Positions 1 through 10,041 of a stretch of DNA of 64,000 nucleotides are shown in pieces (the stretch's first letter is position 1; the number at the start of each line of letters is the position of its first letter). Location of the stretch: the sequence record MN895436.1. One strand, written 5' to 3'. Under the pieces are notes generated by a model, which was not told the DNA's origin, searched no databases, and worked only from the letters and a program-made list of their open reading frames with translations. The stretch comes from Escherichia phage teqsoen. The position numbers and the translations under genes are program-made.

Positions 1-220
1 TAAATTCATCACCATCTCCTCGTCCCGAGTAGTAGTCTAATTTAGCTTTAAGAGCAACTTTTTTCTGTGCATCAATTCTAAGCATTTCCTTTTTAATACT
101 TGAATGCTTATTAAGCCATTTACTATATAACATCACATTATTAGCTGCTTCATACTGTAATTTAGTCGAATCTATAAACACATCTTTCTTCAATTCTTCT
201 TGAAGATCTTCTAATCTCAT
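1..220 (-). CDS. uvsY: UvsY recombination mediator, N-terminal part (gene runs off the window start)
   Basis: Reverse-strand ATG near 220 translates MRLEDLQEELKKDVFIDSTKLQYEAANNVMLYSKWLNKHSSIKKEMLRIDAQKK..., matching remembered T4 UvsY; no stop before position 1. Confidence 0.8.
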   Translation of the reverse strand, partial: MRLEDLQEELKKDVFIDSTKLQYEAANNVMLYSKWLNKHSSIKKEMLRIDAQKKVALKAKLDYYSGRGDGDEF

Positions 221-286
221 ATTGTTCTCTATTCAATTGTTATTGGATGGACTTAGATTCATTATACCACGTTTATACGTGAAGCA

Positions 287-685
287 TTATACTCTATTAC
301 TGGAAGCCAGTTGTAGTTTTATCTGCTCAATGTCATCAGGGTTATCAATGACCGAAAAGCGTATTTCTACTATCAGAGTATAATCATCATAAACTGGTAT
401 AACATTAACTGCTAATTTATCAATACGTGGCTCATAGTTTCTTACTGCGCTTTCGATATTACGCTCAACCGTGTCAGCAGTAAGAGGAGTCATATTCTCA
501 AAAAGTTGGTCAGATAAATCACATCCAAATTCAGGGTCAAACGGTCTTGAACCTTTTCTTGTTGTAATAATTCCTAAAAGACTATTTTTAATTGACCTTA
601 ATCCAAGTGATCTTGAAACGTCTTTGTTCCAATCCATTTTCATCTCTGGGTCAATATCAGAATAAAGCTTATTAATATTTGCCAT
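287..685 (-). CDS. 25: Baseplate wedge subunit gp25 (gpW-like)
   Basis: 132-aa ORF matching remembered T4 gp25; lies between uvsY and gene 26 as in T4. Confidence 0.93.
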   Translation of the reverse strand: MANINKLYSDIDPEMKMDWNKDVSRSLGLRSIKNSLLGIITTRKGSRPFDPEFGCDLSDQLFENMTPLTADTVERNIESAVRNYEPRIDKLAVNVIPVYDDYTLIVEIRFSVIDNPDDIEQIKLQLASSNRV

Positions 686-1311
686 TACAATAGCTCAAAG
701 AATTCTTTGAGTCCTCTTATTACATGAGCGTGAGTTTTTCCACACTCTGGACACTTAATTGGAACAGCCAAATAAACGGTAGGCTTTAAAAGCATATCTT
801 TTATAGCTACAATATCTGACTCTGTGATGATAGAATATAAATCTTCCAGTTCTTTTTCATTTAAGTCTTCAACTGGAATGCTTTCCCCGTTAGCATGAAT
901 CGTTTCTATACATGATACTATCATGTGGGCTATATTTTTATCATCAAAAATTTTAGGGTAATGGAATTTAATTTTAATGTCACCCAGTGTATACCAGAGG
1001 TCTTCTGGTGCATCTATTTGTGTATGTAATAGATTTATATGGGTTGGTATTTCAGTTCCACAGGTGCACTTCCAGGAATTTTCGTGATTAACTTCACCAA
1101 GAGAATGTGCCCATAAATGAATCAACAATAGTTCTGATTCTTGGCGGTTTAAATCTTTTGCATTTGTGCAGTCTTTGATTAGCTTTTTAACAATTACTTC
1201 TACGGAACCATTATTTTTGGCAGTAATAAGTTCTAGATATTCTTTAAGCGTGAATGCGCGACAATTGATTATTTTAGAACCAACTCTCACATCAAATTTA
1301 TATTCATACAT
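685..1311 (-). CDS. 26: Baseplate hub subunit gp26
   Basis: 208-aa ORF, same length and position as T4 gene 26; 1-nt overlap with gene 25. Confidence 0.88.
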   Translation of the reverse strand: MYEYKFDVRVGSKIINCRAFTLKEYLELITAKNNGSVEVIVKKLIKDCTNAKDLNRQESELLLIHLWAHSLGEVNHENSWKCTCGTEIPTHINLLHTQIDAPEDLWYTLGDIKIKFHYPKIFDDKNIAHMIVSCIETIHANGESIPVEDLNEKELEDLYSIITESDIVAIKDMLLKPTVYLAVPIKCPECGKTHAHVIRGLKEFFELL

Positions 1312-1332
1312 ATTTAGCTCCTTTATTTATCA

Positions 1333-1340
1333 TATTTATA
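1333..1340 (-). promoter_or_regulatory. Late promoter (TATAAATA on reverse strand) for genes 26-25
   Basis: Plus-strand TATTTATA is the reverse complement of the T4 late -10 element, just upstream of the gene 26 start. Confidence 0.55.
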
Positions 1341-1344
1341 AATA
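1337..1344 (+). promoter_or_regulatory. Late promoter TATAAATA for gene 51
   Basis: TATAAATA about 18 nt upstream of AAGGAG and the ATG at 1362; divergent with the gene 26 late promoter. Confidence 0.6.
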
Positions 1345-1361
1345 GAATAAAAGGAGCATCT

Positions 1362-2111
1362 ATGGCAAACATTATTCGTTGTAAATTACCAGATGGTGTT
1401 CATCGTTTTAAACCATTTACGGTAGAAGATTATCGAGATTTTTTGTTAGTTCGAAACGATATAGAACATCGGTCACCACAAGAACAAAAAGAAATAATTA
1501 CTGATTTAATTGATGATTATTTTGGAGACTATCCGAAGACTTGGCAACCATTTATATTTTTGCAGGTATTTGTAGGTTCAATAGGTAAAACTAAAGTACC
1601 CGTCACATTTGTATGTCCAAAATGTAAAAAAGAAAAGACAGTTCCATTTGAAATATATCAAAAAGAATTAAAGGAACCTGTTTTCGATGTAGCTAATGTT
1701 AAAATTAAATTAAAGTTTCCTTCTGAGTTTTATGAAAATAAAGCAAAGATGATTACTGAAAATATTCATTCTGTTCAAGTAGATGAAATATGGTATGATT
1801 GGAAGGAAATTAGTGAATCAAGCCAAATAGAACTTGTTGATGCCATCGAGATAGAAACATTAGAAAAAATTCTCGATGCAATGAATCCTATTAATTTAAC
1901 TCTACATATGTCATGCTGTAATAAGTATGTAAAAAAATACACTGATATAGTAGATGTGTTTAAGCTATTAGTTAACCCAGATGAGATATTTACTTTTTAT
2001 CAAATTAACCACACACTTGTAAAAAGCAATTATAGCTTAAATTCAATAATGAAAATGATTCCTGCTGAGCGCGGATTCGTATTAAAACTGATTGAGAAGG
2101 ATAAACAATAA
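1362..2111 (+). CDS. 51: Baseplate hub assembly catalyst gp51
   Basis: 249-aa ORF with SD AAGGAG; T4 gene 51 position and length. Confidence 0.88.
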   Translation: MANIIRCKLPDGVHRFKPFTVEDYRDFLLVRNDIEHRSPQEQKEIITDLIDDYFGDYPKTWQPFIFLQVFVGSIGKTKVPVTFVCPKCKKEKTVPFEIYQKELKEPVFDVANVKIKLKFPSEFYENKAKMITENIHSVQVDEIWYDWKEISESSQIELVDAIEIETLEKILDAMNPINLTLHMSCCNKYVKKYTDIVDVFKLLVNPDEIFTFYQINHTLVKSNYSLNSIMKMIPAERGFVLKLIEKDKQ

Positions 2112-3286
2112 TGAGTATGTTGCAACGCCCCGGATATCCAAATCTCAGCGTTAAATTATTTGATAGCTACGACGCTTGGAGTAATAATAGATTTGTTGAA
2201 TTAGCTGCTACTATTACCACATTAACTATGCGGGATTCTCTTTATGGCCGAAATGAAGGAATGCTGCAGTTTTATGATTCTAAAAACATCCATACAAAAA
2301 TGGATGGAAATGAAATAATTCAGATTTCTGTAGCTAATGCAAACGATATTAATAATGTTAAAACACGAATTTATGGATGTAAGCATTTTTCCGTGTCAGT
2401 AGATTCAAAAGGTGATAACATCATTGCTATTGAATTGGGAACTATTCATTCTATAGAAAATCTTAAATTTGGTAGACCATTTTTCCCTGATGCAGGTGAA
2501 TCTATAAAAGAAATGCTTGGTGTCATTTATCAGGATCGCACATTATTAACTCCAGCAATAAATGCTATAAATGCTTATGTTCCTGATATTCCATGGACTA
2601 GCACATTTGAAAACTATTTGTCATATGTAAGAGAAGTTGCTCTAGCTGTAGGAAGCGACAAATTTGTATTTGTATGGCAAGACATCATGGGAGTTAACAT
2701 GATGGACTATGATATGATGATAAATCAAGAACCATATCCAATGATTGTCGGTGAGCCATCTTTAATAGGTCAATTTGTCCAAGAATTAAAATATCCATTA
2801 GCATATGATTTCGTTTGGTTGACTAAATCGAATCCTCACAAACGTGACCCAATGAAAAATGCTACTATCTATGCTCATTCATTTTTAGATTCTTCATTGC
2901 CAATGATTACTACAGGAAAGGGTGAAAACTCTATTGTGGTGTCAAGATCAGGTGCTTATTCTGAAATGACTTATAGGAATGGATATGAAGAAGCTATTCG
3001 TCTTCAAACTATGGCACAATATGACGGCTATGCTAAATGTTCTACTGTCGGTAATTTTAACTTGACTCCTGGTGTTAAAATTATTTTTAATGATAGTAAA
3101 AACCAATTTAAAACAGAATTTTACGTTGATGAAGTTATCCACGAATTATCCAATAATAATTCAGTAACTCATCTATATATGTTCACTAATGCAACGAAAC
3201 TGGAAACAATAGACCCAGTTAAGGTTAAAAATGAATTTAAATCTGATACTACCACTGAAGAAAGTAGTTCTTCCAATAAGCAATAA
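2111..3286 (+). CDS. 27: Baseplate hub subunit gp27
   Basis: 391-aa ORF; T4 gp27 length and position; ATGA overlap with gene 51. Confidence 0.93.
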   Translation: MSMLQRPGYPNLSVKLFDSYDAWSNNRFVELAATITTLTMRDSLYGRNEGMLQFYDSKNIHTKMDGNEIIQISVANANDINNVKTRIYGCKHFSVSVDSKGDNIIAIELGTIHSIENLKFGRPFFPDAGESIKEMLGVIYQDRTLLTPAINAINAYVPDIPWTSTFENYLSYVREVALAVGSDKFVFVWQDIMGVNMMDYDMMINQEPYPMIVGEPSLIGQFVQELKYPLAYDFVWLTKSNPHKRDPMKNATIYAHSFLDSSLPMITTGKGENSIVVSRSGAYSEMTYRNGYEEAIRLQTMAQYDGYAKCSTVGNFNLTPGVKIIFNDSKNQFKTEFYVDEVIHELSNNNSVTHLYMFTNATKLETIDPVKVKNEFKSDTTTEESSSSNKQ

Positions 3287-3764
3287 AGAAGTTTCTATTC
3301 CTAAAATGGGTCTTAAACATTATAACATTTTAAAAGATGTTAAAGGTCCTGATGAAAATTTAAAACTTCTTATTGATTCTATTTGTCCGAATTTATCACC
3401 GGCAGAAGTTGATTTCGTTTCTATTCATTTATTGGAATTTAATGGAAAGATTAAATCTCGTAAAGAAATAGATGGCTATACTTATGACATTAATGATGTC
3501 TATGTATGCCAAAGATTGGAATTTCAATACCAAGGAAATACATTTTATTTTAGACCTCCTGGAAAATTTGAACAATTTTTAACGGTGAGCGATATGTTAT
3601 CTAAATGCTTACTTAAGGTCAATGATGAAGTTAAAGAAATTAATTTTCTTGAGATGCCAGCATTCGTTTTAAAATGGGCAAATGATATTTTTACAACTTT
3701 AGCAATTCCTGGCCCTAATGGTCCAATAACCGGAATTGGCAATATTATTGGATTATTTGAATGA
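3231..3764 (+). CDS. 28: Baseplate hub distal subunit gp28
   Basis: 177-aa ORF overlapping the gp27 3' end, as in T4. Confidence 0.85.
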   Translation: MNLNLILPLKKVVLPISNKEVSIPKMGLKHYNILKDVKGPDENLKLLIDSICPNLSPAEVDFVSIHLLEFNGKIKSRKEIDGYTYDINDVYVCQRLEFQYQGNTFYFRPPGKFEQFLTVSDMLSKCLLKVNDEVKEINFLEMPAFVLKWANDIFTTLAIPGPNGPITGIGNIIGLFE

Positions 3765-5533
3765 AAAAGCCACAAGAAATGCAAACGATGCGTAGAAAAG
3801 TTATTTCAGATAATAAACCAACACAGGAAGCGGCTAAATCCGCTTCCAACACTTTATCTGGACTTAACGATATATCTACGAAATTGGATGATGCTCAAGC
3901 TGCCTCTGAATTAATAGCTCAAACTGTCGAAGAAAAATCGAATGAAATAGTTGGAGCAATTGACAACGTTGAAAGCGCAGTGAGTGATACTACCGCAGGT
4001 TCTGAGTTAATTGCCGAGACTGTTGAAATTGGCAATAATATCAATAAAGAAATCGGTGAATCACTCGGGAGCAAATTAGATAAATTAACAAGTTTACTAG
4101 AGCAAAAAATCCAGACAGCTGGAATTCAACAGACTGGGACTAGTTTAGCTACAGTTGAAAGCGCTATTCCTGTTAAAGTCGTTGAGGATGATACTGCTGA
4201 ATCTGTGGGTCCTTTATTACCGGCTCCTGAAGCAGTTAATAATGATCCTGACGCTGATTTTTTCCCTACCCCTCAGCCAGTTGAGCCAAAGCAAGAATCA
4301 CCAGAAGAAAAACAGAAAAAAGAAGCATTTAACTTAAAATTATCTCAAGCTTTAGATAAATTAACAAAGACAGTTGATTTTGGATTTAAGAAATCCATTT
4401 CAATTAGTGATAAAATATCAAGCATGTTATTTAAGTACACCATCAGTGCTGCTATTGAAGCTGCTAAAATGACTGCAATGATATTGGCTGTTGTTATTGG
4501 AATAGACCTGTTGATGGTTCATTTTAAATACTGGTCAGATAAATTTTCAAAAGCCTGGGATTTATTTAATACTGACTTTACTAAATTCTCTAGCGAAACC
4601 GGAACATGGGGTCCTTTATTACAGAGCATCTTTGATTCTATTGATAAAATTAAACAACTTTGGGAAGCGGGAGATTGGGGTGGATTGACAGCAGCTATTG
4701 TTGAAGGACTCGGAAGTGTTCTTTTTAATTTAGGTGAACTTATTCAATTAGGTATGGCTAAATTATCTGCTGCAATTCTTCGAGTCATTCCTGGTATGAA
4801 AGATACCGCTGATGAAGTAGAAGGAAGAGCGCTGGAAAATTTCCAAAATTCTACTGGAGCATCTCTCAATAAAGAAGACCAGGAAAAAGTTGCAAATTAT
4901 CAAGATAAACGAATGAACGGAGACCTTGGTCCGATAGCAAAAGGATTAGATAAAATTGCTAATTGGAAAACTCGTGCATCTAATTGGATTCGTGGGGTTG
5001 ATAATAAAGAAGCACTAACTACCGACGAAGAACGTGCAGCAGAAGAAGAAAAATTAAAGCAACTTTCACCTGAAGAAAGAAAAAATGCTTTAATGAAGGC
5101 TAATGAAGCCCGTGCCGCAATGATTCGCTTTGAAAAATATGCTGATTCAGCTGATATGAGTAAAGACTCAACGGTTAAATCTGTTGAATCTGCCTATGAA
5201 GACCTTAAAAAACGGATGGATGACCCGGATTTAAATAATTCACCGGCAGTTAAAAAAGAACTTGCTGCTAGATTTTCTAAAATTGATGCTACTTATCAAG
5301 AGCTCAAGAAAAATCAGCCTAATGCCAAACCTGAAACTTCTGCTAAATCGCCAGAAGCAAAACAAGTCCAGGTAATAGAAAAGAACAAAGCACAGCAAGC
5401 TCCTGTTCAACAAGCATCTCCTTCAATCAACAATACTAATAATGTTATTAAGAAAAATACTGTCGTTCATAATATGACACCTGTCACAAGCACGACTGCT
5501 CCTGGTGTATTTGATGCGACTGGAGTTAATTAA
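3761..5533 (+). CDS. 29: Baseplate hub subunit / tail length tape measure gp29
   Basis: 590-aa ORF, T4 gp29 length; extended, low-complexity, coiled-coil-like composition. Confidence 0.92.
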   Translation: MKKPQEMQTMRRKVISDNKPTQEAAKSASNTLSGLNDISTKLDDAQAASELIAQTVEEKSNEIVGAIDNVESAVSDTTAGSELIAETVEIGNNINKEIGESLGSKLDKLTSLLEQKIQTAGIQQTGTSLATVESAIPVKVVEDDTAESVGPLLPAPEAVNNDPDADFFPTPQPVEPKQESPEEKQKKEAFNLKLSQALDKLTKTVDFGFKKSISISDKISSMLFKYTISAAIEAAKMTAMILAVVIGIDLLMVHFKYWSDKFSKAWDLFNTDFTKFSSETGTWGPLLQSIFDSIDKIKQLWEAGDWGGLTAAIVEGLGSVLFNLGELIQLGMAKLSAAILRVIPGMKDTADEVEGRALENFQNSTGASLNKEDQEKVANYQDKRMNGDLGPIAKGLDKIANWKTRASNWIRGVDNKEALTTDEERAAEEEKLKQLSPEERKNALMKANEARAAMIRFEKYADSADMSKDSTVKSVESAYEDLKKRMDDPDLNNSPAVKKELAARFSKIDATYQELKKNQPNAKPETSAKSPEAKQVQVIEKNKAQQAPVQQASPSINNTNNVIKKNTVVHNMTPVTSTTAPGVFDATGVN

Positions 5534-5541
5534 GGAATAAT

Positions 5542-6636
5542 ATGGCAATTGTTAAAGAAATAACTGCTGATTTAATTAAAAAGTCCGGTGAGAAAATTTC
5601 AGCCGGACAGAGTACTAAATCAGAAGTAGGAACTAAAACATACACAGCCCAGTTTCCAACTGGGCGTGCTAGTGGTAATGACACTACAGGGGACTTCCAG
5701 GTAACAGATCTATATAAGAATGGATTATTATTTACTGCATACAATATGTCATCTAGGGATTCTGGAAGTCTTAGATCGATGAGATCTAACTACTCTTCTT
5801 CATCTTCGAGTATTTTACGTACAGCCAGAAACACTATCAGTAATACAGTATCAAAACTGTCAAATGGATTAATATCAGATAATAATTCAGGAACAATAAG
5901 TAAAGCCCCTGTTGCAAATATTCTTTTACCAAGATCTAAATCCGATGTTGATACATCATCACATAGATTTAATGATGTTCAAGAAAGTCTTATCAGCAGA
6001 GGCGGAGGTACTGCTACTGGTGTGCTAAGTAATATTGCTTCAACTGCAGTATTTGGGGCACTGGAAAGTATAACACAAGGTATAATGGCTGATAATAATG
6101 AACAGATTTATACGACAGCCAGAAGTATGTATGGTGGTGCTGAAAATAGAACTAAAGTGTTTACATGGGATTTGACTCCACGTTCAACAGAAGATTTAAT
6201 GGCTATTATTAATATCTATCAATATTTTAACTATTTTTCTTATGGTGAAACGGGTAAATCTCAATATGCTGCTGAAATAAAGGGGTATTTAGATGATTGG
6301 TATCGTTCTACGTTAATTGAACCTTTATCTCCGGAAGACGCAGCTAAAAATAAAACACTATTTGAGAAAATGACATCGAGTTTAACTAACGTTCTAGTAG
6401 TTTCAAACCCGACAATTTGGATGGTGAAAAACTTTGGTGCAACATCTAAGTTTGATGGAAAAACGGAAATATTTGGCCCATGCCAAATACAAAGCATCAG
6501 ATTTGATAAAACACCTAATGGTAACTTTAACGGATTAGCTATTGCTCCAAACCTCCCTAGTACATTTACTCTTGAGATTACTATGAGAGAAATTATCACG
6601 TTAAACCGTGCTTCTTTATATGCGGGGACTTTTTAA
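5542..6636 (+). CDS. 48: Baseplate tail tube cap gp48
   Basis: 364-aa ORF in the T4 position after gene 29. Confidence 0.88.
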   Translation: MAIVKEITADLIKKSGEKISAGQSTKSEVGTKTYTAQFPTGRASGNDTTGDFQVTDLYKNGLLFTAYNMSSRDSGSLRSMRSNYSSSSSSILRTARNTISNTVSKLSNGLISDNNSGTISKAPVANILLPRSKSDVDTSSHRFNDVQESLISRGGGTATGVLSNIASTAVFGALESITQGIMADNNEQIYTTARSMYGGAENRTKVFTWDLTPRSTEDLMAIINIYQYFNYFSYGETGKSQYAAEIKGYLDDWYRSTLIEPLSPEDAAKNKTLFEKMTSSLTNVLVVSNPTIWMVKNFGATSKFDGKTEIFGPCQIQSIRFDKTPNGNFNGLAIAPNLPSTFTLEITMREIITLNRASLYAGTF

Positions 6637-7601
6637 TGTATTCTTTAGAGGAATTTAATAATCAAGCAATAAACGCAGATTTCCAACGTAATAATATGTT
6701 TAGCTGCGTTTTTGCGACAACTCCATCAACTAAAAGCTCTTCGTTGATAAGTTCAATTAGCAACTTTTCTTATAATAACTTGGGCCTAAATTCAGATTGG
6801 TTAGGATTGACTCAAGGTGATATTAATCAGGGAATTACCACGCTAATTACTGCTGGCACACAAAAACTGATAAGAAAATCAGGGGTTAGTAAATATCTTA
6901 TTGGCGCTATGAGTCAACGTACAGTTCAAAGTTTATTAGGCTCATTTACAGTTGGTACATATTTAATTGACTTCTTTAACATGGCATATAACTCATCTGG
7001 ATTGATGATATATTCTGTAAAAATGCCAGAGAATAGATTATCCTATGAAACTGACTGGAACTATAACTCTCCTAATATTCGTATAACTGGAAGAGAATTA
7101 GACCCTTTGGTTATTTCATTTAGAATGGATTCAGAAGCTTGTAACTATCGTGCAATGCAAGACTGGGTTAACGCTGTTCAAGACCCAGTAACTGGATTGC
7201 GTGCTTTACCGCAAGATGTCGAGGCAGATATTCAGGTTAATCTTCATTCTCGTAATGGATTGCCTCATACTGCGGTGATGTTCACTGGATGCATTCCAAT
7301 ATCAGTGAGCGCTCCTGAGTTATCATATGATGGAGATAACCAAATAACTACATTTGACGTTACTTTTGCGTATAGAGTGATGCAGGCTGGAGCAGTTGAT
7401 AGGCAAGCTGCGCTTGAATGGCTTGAATCTGCTGCTATAAATGGTATTCAAAGCGTTCTCGGAAATAGTGGAGGTGTTACTGGACTATCTAATTCGCTTT
7501 CACGACTCAGTAGATTAGGGGGAACTGCAGGAAGCATTTCAAACATTAATACTATGACAGGAATTGTCAATTCGCAAAGTAAAATATTAGGAGCAATATA
7601 A
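6636..7601 (+). CDS. 54: Baseplate tail tube initiator gp54
   Basis: 321-aa ORF; ATGA-type overlap with gene 48; T4 order. Confidence 0.88.
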   Translation: MYSLEEFNNQAINADFQRNNMFSCVFATTPSTKSSSLISSISNFSYNNLGLNSDWLGLTQGDINQGITTLITAGTQKLIRKSGVSKYLIGAMSQRTVQSLLGSFTVGTYLIDFFNMAYNSSGLMIYSVKMPENRLSYETDWNYNSPNIRITGRELDPLVISFRMDSEACNYRAMQDWVNAVQDPVTGLRALPQDVEADIQVNLHSRNGLPHTAVMFTGCIPISVSAPELSYDGDNQITTFDVTFAYRVMQAGAVDRQAALEWLESAAINGIQSVLGNSGGVTGLSNSLSRLSRLGGTAGSISNINTMTGIVNSQSKILGAI

Positions 7602-7605
7602 CAAT

Positions 7606-7635
7606 GGGGACCTTTCGGTCCCCATATTTTTATTT
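7606..7635. terminator. Intrinsic terminator hairpin between convergent gene 54 and the alt-side operon
   Basis: GGGGACC-TTTC-GGTCCCC stem-loop followed by ATATTTTTATTT on the plus strand. Confidence 0.6.
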
Positions 7636-7920
7636 ACGGAATGAAATAAAAGCAGCAACTGAAGCAACTAAACTGTCTTCAATATAAACCTCAATTTTTA
7701 CCGGAGCTTCTGACTCAAATTTACCTGTTACTATACCCTGAAAAATACTTTCAGTCTGTTCTGGCTTTGAAAAATTTTCAGAAGGAAAAATTCCGAACTT
7801 TTTATCTGTTCCAAAAATTTTAATAAATTCATCGTAAACTGCTTCATTAAAAGCATTATCAGCAGGAATAACGCCTTCAACTACAAGTTCTTGACCTAAA
7901 AAGCGCAAAGAAGATTTCAT
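7630..7920 (-). CDS. Hypothetical protein (alt.-3-like position)
   Basis: 96-aa ORF with SD GAGGAA upstream and an early-promoter-like element further upstream. Confidence 0.6.
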   Translation of the reverse strand: MKSSLRFLGQELVVEGVIPADNAFNEAVYDEFIKIFGTDKKFGIFPSENFSKPEQTESIFQGIVTGKFESEAPVKIEVYIEDSLVASVAAFISFRK

Positions 7921-7944
7921 TTTGTGTTCCTCATGTTATGCCAG

Positions 7945-7985
7945 TAAGACTACTATAACACAACACGAGGGACTTGTAAACTACA
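7945..7985 (-). promoter_or_regulatory. Early promoter element (reverse strand)
   Basis: Reverse complement gives GTTTACA, an 18-nt spacer and a TATAGT-like -10; one copy of a repeated motif. Confidence 0.45.
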
Positions 7986-10038
7986 TTTTGAACTTTTTAG
8001 ACATTCCGTTGATGTTAACCAAAGAAGCCAAGATTTGAGAAACTTCGTTTTCCTCTTCTTTTGATTCTTCTACAAGGAATTGATTAAATCCAGCCATTGG
8101 ACGAACTTCACCAGTTTCCATTAGATGGTCGCCATCATATACCGATTCCTCTAATTGTTCAGAAGGAGGAACGATTGTACCTTCTATTAGATACTTGTTA
8201 TAAGCAGTTTCTTTCATAAAGTACGTGCTCACTTTATTAATCTTCAGTAAAATTCCACGCGGTAGAATAACTTCAGCTTCTGATGGAAATCCTGATAAAT
8301 GACCTGGAACGATAACTTTGATTCGCTCAGCTCCTTTAATTACCATACCCACGCTAGTTTCAGCATCTTCATTAGCATATGTAGAATGACTACCCATATG
8401 CATCAAATCTTCTGCATCAACGGAACCTTCTCCTTCGCCAGAAAATACTGCGCCGGAATCATCTAGAGCCATATAGTTTTTACCGTGCTCACCGAAAATA
8501 TTTGGTTTAAGCGATGTGGATACGAAGTTCTTGAAATAGAACATTTTGTTTTCAATATTATGACGCAAAGTTTTAAAGGTAACTTCTTGTCCACGGTAAA
8601 GTGTAGTTCCTGGAGGAAGAACTGAACCTTTAGCGAATGCAGAATCCAACGTCTCGATGTGCTTAATAGCACGTTCCATATATTCTTCACGGGTAGAATC
8701 TGGTTTACCCAAAAGGAACGAGTTCATTTCAACATATGAATCAGCACAATAATCTTCAATTACGTCAGATTCAGCCTGAGTTAATCCTTTTGGAGTTACT
8801 TCAGTACTTGCGTATTCATATGCCTGGGCAGCAGATTCATTAATCAATTTATAAATGCCATTCATGACAAATTGAATAATAGCTACCTTTTCATCTGGTG
8901 TGGCTTTAGAACCTTTAACTAAATCATTAATAATTTTCTTAATAACATCAAAGCTATTAGAAATATTAATGTCAGCAAGATCGCTTAAAATTTTATCGGT
9001 TTTATAATCAAAGAATTCTTTATTCTTTAAATATTCTTGAGAACCTTGATATGTTATATCGCTCTGCAGCTTGATAGATGGATCACGTAAACGTGCATGG
9101 GCCAATGCAATATGATTTCGGAAGCTTTCTAGTTCATAATCATTAGATTTAAAACGAGAAGCACTCCTCATACCACCGATAGCTCCTTTGCCGAAGTTTG
9201 AACCAATCTGAATAACGCCAGAGTTCATTGGTCCTTCTGCTTTATATACCGGAACTTTAGATTCAAACTCTTGATATTTCTTAGCGGCGAAGCTATCACC
9301 CTGAAGTGAAGCATCGACAGTAGAATATTGAGCTTGTGCTGCTAATCGACGACTAATTTTAGTTTTCTGAATAACAGCTTGATCCGTGCGCTTATCATTT
9401 TCTAAAGCAATAGAAGCAGCAACAGCAACAGCTTTAGGAACAGCATTACCTGTTTTAACGTCTACATAAACATCACCAACCTTTGATTCAACTTTTGTGA
9501 ATAACTCAGTTGAAATAGGAGGTACACCTGGAATGTCTTCTAAATTGGCATTTTTACGGTAAACCATAATATATGCATATTTCTTATCATAGTCCCAGAT
9601 TTCCTTTAAGAGAACATATCGACCTGCTCCTTTAGTACGTACTAAACGGTCAGCAATAACTTGCATTTGACGAGCTGCGCCATTTGTTTTACTCTTTAGT
9701 ACGCGGAATAGGCATGCGTCGATTTTATACTGTTTCATTGTTTGAAGAGCAGTATCAAAAACGGCATTAATGACACCAATTGGATTTCCACCCAAGTTTT
9801 TAAGCTTAACTAATGATAGTTTCTCATTGACACCTATCATTACGATATGCATCATTTTATCGCCTGGCTTAACGTTTTTATTTGTATCACCACCAGAGGT
9901 GTATGTACAAAATCTAAATCCAGGAAGCACGCTTTCTTCGCCGGCTTGGATAGCAAAAATTTGTGGTATTTTATGCTTAGGATTTAAGTTAACAACCGGC
10001 GCCGAAGCGCCGTCAAATAATTCTGTAATAAGTTCCAT
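7981..10038 (-). CDS. Alt-family ADP-ribosyltransferase paralog (685 aa)
   Basis: N-terminal ~240 aa about 75% identical to the neighbouring Alt; LYRGQ, FYFKNFVSTSL and EAEVILPRG match the R/STS/ExE toxin-type ART signature; divergent central region. Confidence 0.85.
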   Translation of the reverse strand: MELITELFDGASAPVVNLNPKHKIPQIFAIQAGEESVLPGFRFCTYTSGGDTNKNVKPGDKMMHIVMIGVNEKLSLVKLKNLGGNPIGVINAVFDTALQTMKQYKIDACLFRVLKSKTNGAARQMQVIADRLVRTKGAGRYVLLKEIWDYDKKYAYIMVYRKNANLEDIPGVPPISTELFTKVESKVGDVYVDVKTGNAVPKAVAVAASIALENDKRTDQAVIQKTKISRRLAAQAQYSTVDASLQGDSFAAKKYQEFESKVPVYKAEGPMNSGVIQIGSNFGKGAIGGMRSASRFKSNDYELESFRNHIALAHARLRDPSIKLQSDITYQGSQEYLKNKEFFDYKTDKILSDLADINISNSFDVIKKIINDLVKGSKATPDEKVAIIQFVMNGIYKLINESAAQAYEYASTEVTPKGLTQAESDVIEDYCADSYVEMNSFLLGKPDSTREEYMERAIKHIETLDSAFAKGSVLPPGTTLYRGQEVTFKTLRHNIENKMFYFKNFVSTSLKPNIFGEHGKNYMALDDSGAVFSGEGEGSVDAEDLMHMGSHSTYANEDAETSVGMVIKGAERIKVIVPGHLSGFPSEAEVILPRGILLKINKVSTYFMKETAYNKYLIEGTIVPPSEQLEESVYDGDHLMETGEVRPMAGFNQFLVEESKEEENEVSQILASLVNINGMSKKFKM

Positions 10039-10041
10039 GAT

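Noticed and set aside
471-665. 64-aa plus-strand ORF inside gene 25
   Set aside because: Fully nested antisense to a well-supported structural gene; low-complexity translation; typical six-frame noise in A/T-rich DNA
8463-8690. Short ORFs nested in or antisense to the two Alt genes (also 9770..10051, 11416..11631, 11628..11882)
   Set aside because: Embedded in long, well-supported coding frames with no independent SD or promoter; treated as spurious
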